A stretch of DNA of 64,000 nucleotides from the human T2T-CHM13v2.0 reference genome, Homo sapiens. Below the pieces are notes generated by a model. That model was not told where the DNA came from. It worked only from the letters and a program-made list of their open reading frames with translations, and searched no databases. Each line of letters opens with the position of its first letter. The stretch's first letter is position 1. The translations under genes were made by a program, and so were the position numbers. Of this stretch, positions 53,713 to 64,000 are shown in pieces. The stretch lies in NCBI RefSeq assembly GCF_009914755.1, contig NC_060926.1. One strand, given 5' to 3'.

Positions 53713-54141
53713 CAGCTGACTCTCAAACATGCAGGAATTAGGGGCATTGACCCTCACACAGTCGAAAATCCATGTATAACATTTTAGTCTCCCAAAACTT
53801 AACTGCTAATAGACTGCTGTTGACCAGAGGTCTTACAAATAACATAGTCAATGAACACATATTGTGAATGTTATATGTATCATATACTACATTATTACAA
53901 TAAAGTAAGCTAGAAAAAATGTTAAGAAAATTATAGAGAAGAGAAAACATATTTGCTATTTAATAAGTGGAAGTAGATCATCATAAAGGTGTTCATTCTC
54001 ATTGTCTTCATGTTGAGTAGGCTAAGGAGGAGGAGGAAGAAGAGGAGTCAGTCTTGGTGTCTTGTGGCTGGCAGAGGCAGAAGAAAATCTACTATAAGTG
54101 GACCCAGGCAGTTCTAACCCTTGTTGTTCTAGGGTCAGCTG
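53713..54141. mobile_element. Tigger2a/MER28-like non-autonomous DNA transposon
   Basis: Terminal inverted repeats CAGCTGAC...GTCAGCTG flanked by TA; internal GATCATCATAAAGG...GAGTAGGCT..GGAGGAGGAGGAAG. Confidence 0.9.
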
Positions 54142-54151
54142 TATTGTTACA

Positions 54152-54946
54152 TGTTATGGACTAAATGTTTATATCCACACAAAATTTATTATGTTAAAAC
54201 CCTAACATTCAAGTGTGACTGTTTGGAGTAAGAAAGTAATAAGGGTTAAATGAGGCCTATATTAGTCCATTTTCACACTGCTATAAAGAAATGCCTGGGA
54301 CTTAGTAATTTATAAAGAAAAGAGGTTAAATTGGCTCACAGTTTCACAGGCTGTACAGGAAGCATAGCTGGGGAGGCCTCAGGGAACTTACAACTGAGGC
54401 AGAAGGCAAAGGGGAAGCAGGCATGTCTTACATGGCTGGAACAGGAGGAAGACAGAGACGGGGAAAGTACTACACATTTTTAAACAACCAGATCTCCTGA
54501 GAACTCTGCCCGAGAACAGCCCAAAAGGCAAAATTTACCCCCATGATCTAATCGCTTCCTACCAGGCCCACCTCCAACACTGGGGATTACAATTCAACAT
54601 GAGATTTGGGTGGGGACACAGATCCAAACCATATAAAGGCCATAAGGGTGGGGCATGATTCAATAGATTAAGTGTTCTTATAAGAAGAGACACTAGAGAG
54701 CTATTTTTGTCTCTCTGTTTGCACTTAAAGGAGAGGTTGTGTGAGTACACAACAAAATGGCAACCACCCATAAGCCAAGAGAAGAGGCTTCGTAATAAAA
54801 CTTACTTTGCTGGCACCTTTGTCTTGCATTTCACAGCTTCTCGATCTATGAGAAATACATGGCTGTTGTCTACGTAGTAGAAATACTACTTCCATCTGGT
54901 ACCACAGACTGGTATTTTGTTATTGCAGCCCAAGATGACTAATACA
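54152..54946 (+). mobile_element. MLT1A-like LTR split by an MST LTR
   Basis: TGTTATGGACTAAATGTTT start, GACTAATACA end; the halves rejoin as TTAAATGAGGCC|ATAAGGGTGGGGC. Confidence 0.85.
54258..54636 (-). mobile_element. MSTA-like solo LTR
   Basis: TATATTAGTCCATTTTCACACTGCTATAAAG...GGGGACACAGATCCAAACCATAT; perfect 5-bp TSD AGGCC (54253-54257/54637-54641). Confidence 0.93.
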
Positions 54947-55904
54947 CTATATCTGATGAAAATAGAATTTTACCTTGTCTTTTCAATATTTCCATTATTT
55001 TGTGTGTTTTTCAGATTCTGGTCTTCACATTTTGAATTTAGACTCCATTTGGTGTTATTTGCAGATAAAAATTTTCACACGTAGGATAATATTTTGATTC
55101 CACATTTTCTACTCCTAAAACTATTACAACTAGAACAATATCAGAAGCTCATTGTCCTCTACCTGTAATTCTATTCATGATTCATATGCCCAGAATAGAT
55201 GGCATTTTCTACACCATGAGGACTGGGTAAGTTTTATCCTTGTTGAGTCACAAATTGAATGTTTTTTTATAATTTTTATCAGATGTAATCTATGATTCTT
55301 AGGCCAAAATATCCAGAGGAGTAAAAATGAGATTACATTAATAGTGACAAATTATATATTGCTGGCAATAATCCTAACTATGATGTGAAAAATTTGCATT
55401 CTCTTTATGTTTTAACTAACGAATTCTAGAAATACACAAGTGTACCATACATATCATAGATATCCATAGTCTGTTCAATTATCTTGAAACTCTTACCCTT
55501 TTCTTGTATCATAGCAAACACTGAAAACTCATGAGATCTCTTGACTCAGTATCAATAGCTGTTTTTCCTTTGCCACTGATCCTGTCTTTATGACTGTTGT
55601 TGCTATACTCTTCTAATACTAACCAAAGTAATATTGAACCAGACTAAGTTTGTGCTTAAAATCTAAATGATACATAATGCTACTGATACATTGGAGCATT
55701 TGATTCGGAAACTTTGTGTTTTGCTACAAATTATGTAGTGCATCTCTTCTGTAGTTTATGACATGTTGCTTTACATGTATTTCAATGTTTCCTCATGTGC
55801 CTGCAATGTCACATTTGTTTTAAACAGCCACACATCTAGGAGTCCGAATTGGATATTAACCAATAATAATAGAAATTATTAAATTATTTATTGTTTATTT
55901 TGTA

Positions 55905-56037
55905 ATAGGAACCTACAAGGTCAAAAATTATTATTACCTCTATATTATAAGGCAAAGTTGAGTCTATGGTTATTCAGAAACATACTTGTCCAAGATCATA
56001 AGGCTATTTGAAGAAGCAATGATTTGAACCCAGACAT
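55905..56037 (-). mobile_element. Degenerate MIR fragment
   Basis: ACTTGTCCAAGATCATA...GATTTGAACCCAGAC. Confidence 0.5.
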
Positions 56038-57174
56038 TATTAGGGATGGATATATTATTAATTACCTTTTTAATTAAAAATAACTTTTTTGTGAAAATAA
56101 GTGCATTTGGTGAGTAGCTATATATATAGTTTTATATATATAGTTATTTATATATATAATTATATATACATATATGTATATTCCTTCCAAAACCACATGG
56201 ATTATCTCATACAAATCTCACACAAATGGTTACTAAGAATGACTAATCATCAACTGCATACTCCTGTAAACGTGACAAAACAATTATTGCTTGAAGTTGA
56301 CTAGTTAAACTCAAGCTTGTACCTCTTGCTACAATAGCATAAACTCAATTTTATGTATTGCTATGTTAACACTGTATCCATAAATATTTTCATGATATTA
56401 TGGTTTTTACTGGTATTTAGACTTATTGGACAGAAAATATTATTCAATGAATTACACTTTTCTTAACATTCTCTTAAGGTTAATTATTTGAAAAATTTAA
56501 AATTTTTATGATTAGAAAGAAAACTACAGTAAAACATGTTTTCTGCATATAGCTTTTTCTTATTTGGGAACATCTGTAAGGGAAGTGATCAGAATTGTGA
56601 AATTCATGTAAAAGATATTACAATGCTGGTAATATTCTGAGCAGCTTTAGAGCCTGTTAGCAGTAGAAGCAAGTAATTTATTTCACTTTAATATTACCAG
56701 AGTTTGGTATTGATTTATCTAAAATACGTACATAGTATCTTATACACATAGGACAGAGTGAGAAAAAATGCAATTCTGATCTGTAAGAACTTCACATTAC
56801 ATAACAAACAAAAATATGAATAAGCAAACTATTTTTAAGAACGATATTCAATACAGGACATACAACAAGGAAGTAAAAATAAAAAGACTTAAAAGGCCAA
56901 AAAAGAAAGAGTGTGTATTAACTGAGGATATTACAAAGATTTGATTTGTTTGTTCAATAAAATTGTATAAAAAACCATGAGAATAAAACCATATGTGTCA
57001 TATATAAGGAAAGATAAATAGTTCAAAATTAGTTATTACGGAAAGTTTAAAATCATCTCAAGTTAGAAATTTTTGCAACAGAACAGGCAACAAGGTAATT
57101 GAGGTTTCCTGATTAAAATATTTAAAGAAGACTCAATACAGCAGCATTTCTCTCCAAATTCAAATGGCTGATTA

Positions 57175-57990
57175 TTTTATTTTTAAATAATTTTAATATA
57201 CAAATTTTCAAATATAGATTGAGCAACTGATAGTATTAAATTATACACATGCTACCTAAATTCAAGACTATTAACATTTTTTATATTTTATTTTCCTAAC
57301 CATATTTATATCTGTATTTATGGCTATATATATTAATATCTATATATATATCAATATACTGGTATCTATATATAAAACCAATTAACAGTACATGGTAGAC
57401 ATCAGGGCAATTCACCCCTAATTCAGCAGGCATCTCCTAAAAATAAGAACTTTCTTTTTAATAACCCCAAGGTATTATTTTTTGGCTGTGCTTTTTAAAC
57501 AGAATCCTAACATATTGATGCACTGCATTTATTTCTTATGACTATTAGGTCTCTTTGAATCTAGGACAATCCCACTTCTTTATGACTCTAACTTTCTAAA
57601 CAATTTACTTTATACAATCTTTGTAATTTAATTCGAATTGTTTTTCTCATCTGGTTGTTCACTACATAATCAAAAAATTATGTCTAAAGACATAATTAGA
57701 TTAAGGTTAATAGTTTTTGGTATTAAAATTCTATGAGGTATGTTTTATATTTTATATTCCATCACATCAGCAATTCCATATTGTCAGTTTGTACTATTGA
57801 TAGTGATGATCACTTTTTGAGATGGTAATGAGAAGATCCTGCCATAGCAATGCGATTTTCTTTTGTAGTTAACAAATATCTGGAGTAATATTTTGGCAAT
57901 GTGGAAATATCTTGCTTTATAGCATTTTTTCACAAATGATTTTTCTATTGACTATACATGCCTAAATCAATTATAGTTGTGTCTGCTATT
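57175..57990 (-). mobile_element. Old L1MC4/5-like 3'UTR fragment
   Basis: GTAGACATCA...TTCACCCCTAA.TCAGCAGGCATCTCCTAAAAATAAG and TTCCATCACATCAG resemble the L1MC 3'UTR reverse complement. Confidence 0.6.
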
Positions 57991-58306
57991 AACATGTTAT
58001 GCGTGTTTATGAAAGACCTCATGATCTAAAAAATAACTAACAAAATATAGTAGGCTTATGCATACCATTCTTTTTTTATTTTTTATTTATTTATTTTTTA
58101 TTATTATACTTTAAGTTCTAGGGTACATGTGCACAACATGCAGGTTTGTTACATATATATACATGTGCCATGTTGGTGTGCTGCACCCGTGAACTTGTCA
58201 TTTACATTAGGTATATCTCCTAATGCTATCCCTCCTCCCGTCCCCCACCACACGACATGCCCTGGTGTGTGATGTTCCCCACCCTGTATCCAAGTGTTCT
58301 CACTGT

Positions 58307-62133
<3,827 letters not shown>

Positions 62134-62196
62134 TATGATGTTAGCTGGTTATTTTGCTCGTTAGTTGATGCAGTTTCTTCCTAGCATCAATGGTCT

Positions 62197-63213
62197 TTAC
62201 AATTTGGCCTGTTTTTGCAGTGGCTGGTACCAGTTGTTCCTTTCCATGTTTAGTGTTTCCTTCAGGAGCTCTTGTAGGGCAGGCCTGGTGGTGACAAAAT
62301 CTCTCAGCGTTTGCTTGTCTGTAAAGGATTTTATTTCTCCTTCATGTATGAAGCTCAGTTTGGCTGGATATGAAATTCTGGGTTGAAAATTCTTTTCTTT
62401 AAGAATGTTGAATATTGGCCCCCACTCTCTTCTGGCTTGTAGAGTTTCTGCTGAGAGATCTGCTGTTAGTCTGATGGGCTTCCCTTTGTGGGTAACCCAA
62501 CCTTTCTCTCTGGCTACCCTTAACATTTCTTCCTTCATTTCAACTTTGGTGAATCTGACAATTATGTGTCTTGGAGTTGCTCTTCTTGAGGAGTATCTTT
62601 GTGGTATTCTCTGTATTTCCTGAATTTGAATGTTGGCCTACCTTGCTAGGTTGGGGAAGTTCTCTTGGATAATATCCAGCAGAGTGTTTTCCAACTTGGT
62701 TCCATTCTCCCTGCCACTTTCAGGTACACCAATCAGATGTAGATTTGGTCTTTTCACATAGTCCCATATTTCTTGGACACTTTGTTCATTTCTTTTTACT
62801 CTTTTTTCTCTAAACTTCTCTTCTTGCTTCATTTCATTCATTTGATCTTCAATCACTGATACTGTTTCTTCCACTTGATCGAATCGGCTACTGAAGCTTG
62901 TGCATTTGTCACGTAGTTCTCGTGCCATAGTTTTCAGCTCCATCAGGTCATTTAAGGAATTCTCTACACTGGTTATTCTAGTTAGCCATTCGTCTAATAT
63001 TTTTTCAAGGTTTTTACCTTCTTTGCGATGGGTTTGAACTTCCTCCTTTAGCTCGGAGAAGTTTGATCATCTGAAAACTTTTTCTGTCAACTCATCAAAG
63101 TCATTCTCCATCCAGCTTTGTTCCATTGCTGGGAAGGAGCTGCATTCCTTTGCAGGGGGAGAGGCACTCTGATTTTTAGAGTTTTCAGCTCTTCTGCTCT
63201 GTTTTTTCCCCAT
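62197..63213 (-). pseudogene. Disrupted L1 ORF1 (RNA-binding protein)
   Basis: ATGGGGAAAAAACAG at 63213; pieces with EIWDYVKRPNL, QENFPNLAR*, ARREW and YPAKLS; internal stop at 62638-62640. Confidence 0.93.
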
Positions 63214-63679
63214 CTTTGTGGTTTTATCTACGTTTGGTCTTTGATGATGGTGAGGTACAGATGGGTTTTTGGTGTGGATGTCCTATCTGTTTTTTAGTTT
63301 TCCTTCTAACAGTCAGGATCCACAGCTGCAGGTCTGTTGGAGTTTGCTGGAGGTCCACTCCAGACCCTGTTTGCCTGGGTATCAGCAGCAGAGGCTGCAG
63401 AACAGTGAATATTGCCGAACAGCAAATGTTGCTGCGTGATCATTCCTCTGGAAGCTACATCTCAGAGGGGTACCCGGCCATGCAAGGTGTCAGTCTGACC
63501 CTACTTGGGGGTGCCTCCCAGTTAGGTTATTCGGGGGTCAGGGACCCACTTGAGGAGGCAGTCTGTCCGTTTTCCTATGCATATCATTCTTTAAAGTTTT
63601 TTGGGGATGTTGTAACCAAAGATATAAAAGGCAATTGTAATAAAAGAGTTGAAACAGATATATGTCAGCCAGAATTTGT

Positions 63680-63900
63680 ACCTAGCCTTTTTCATTTTAG
63701 CAATTAATGTGGATATCACACTGCAGTTTTAATTGTTATTGTCCTTATGATTTCTTAGGTTGAGAATGTTTTCATATGTTTACAGTGCATTTAGCTTATT
63801 TTCTTTGTAAAATGTCTGCTCACATTCTTTTCCCGGTATTTCTAAAGTGATATATAATTTTTCTTATTGATTTGGTAAGTTTTTTATGTATTCTGGATAA
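63680..63900 (-). mobile_element. Old L1M ORF2 3' fragment
   Basis: GGTTGAGAATGTTTTCATATGTTT...TTCTTATTGATTT...TATGTATTCTGGATA. Confidence 0.65.
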
Positions 63901-63904
63901 GAGT

Positions 63905-64000
63905 TATTGGGAGTGTCAGGAGGCAGCCAAATACCTAGGCAAATAGGGAAGGGTCCCCTGGTGAAACCCCACCTCCAAGCTGAAGATAGTTTAAAGCCTG
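63905..64000 (+). mobile_element. Start of a MER52-like ERV1 LTR, cut by the window edge
   Basis: CAGGAGGCAGCCAAATACCTAGGCAAATAGGG..GGGTCCCC.GGTGAAACCCCACCTCCAAGC; strand follows the inferred LTR orientation. Confidence 0.7.

Noticed and set aside
63216-63707. 163-aa plus-strand ORF antisense to the L1 5'UTR, possibly ORF0
   Set aside because: It begins at a GTG next to the ORF1 start and runs into flanking DNA; the ORF0 region lies in the missing part of the 5'UTR.

Overview
AT-rich, repeat-dominated mammalian genomic DNA. It is primate and most likely human, judged from the Alu, L1PA/L1PB, THE1, LTR12, MER11 and MER52 content. I recognise no intact cellular protein-coding exon, tRNA, rRNA or CRISPR feature. 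The long ORFs in the track are decayed LINE-1 ORF1/ORF2 pieces, GC-rich LTR artefacts, or stop-free frames through a 1.7-kb purine-pyrimidine repeat. There are two processed pseudogenes. (1) An SKP1 retrocopy (+) split by a near-full-length L1PB-type LINE-1, with the CDS at about 16180-16652 and the remainder plus 3'UTR at about 23521-23887. (2) A 5'-only EEF1B2 retrocopy fragment (38564-38749) abutting an L1 3' half. Other elements include a 5.5-kb L1PA on the minus strand, a complete THE1A provirus, solo LTR12, MER11 and ERV1 LTRs with intact TSDs, Tigger-family MITEs and several nested insertions. The most unusual signals are the candidate mRNA-L1 and Alu-L1 chimeras, a possible L1 3' transduction, and several short inverted-repeat scars consistent with template switching. 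I found no convincing evidence of a new biological system. Family and subfamily names come from recalled consensus sequences and need Dfam/RepeatMasker confirmation; boundaries of old elements are approximate.
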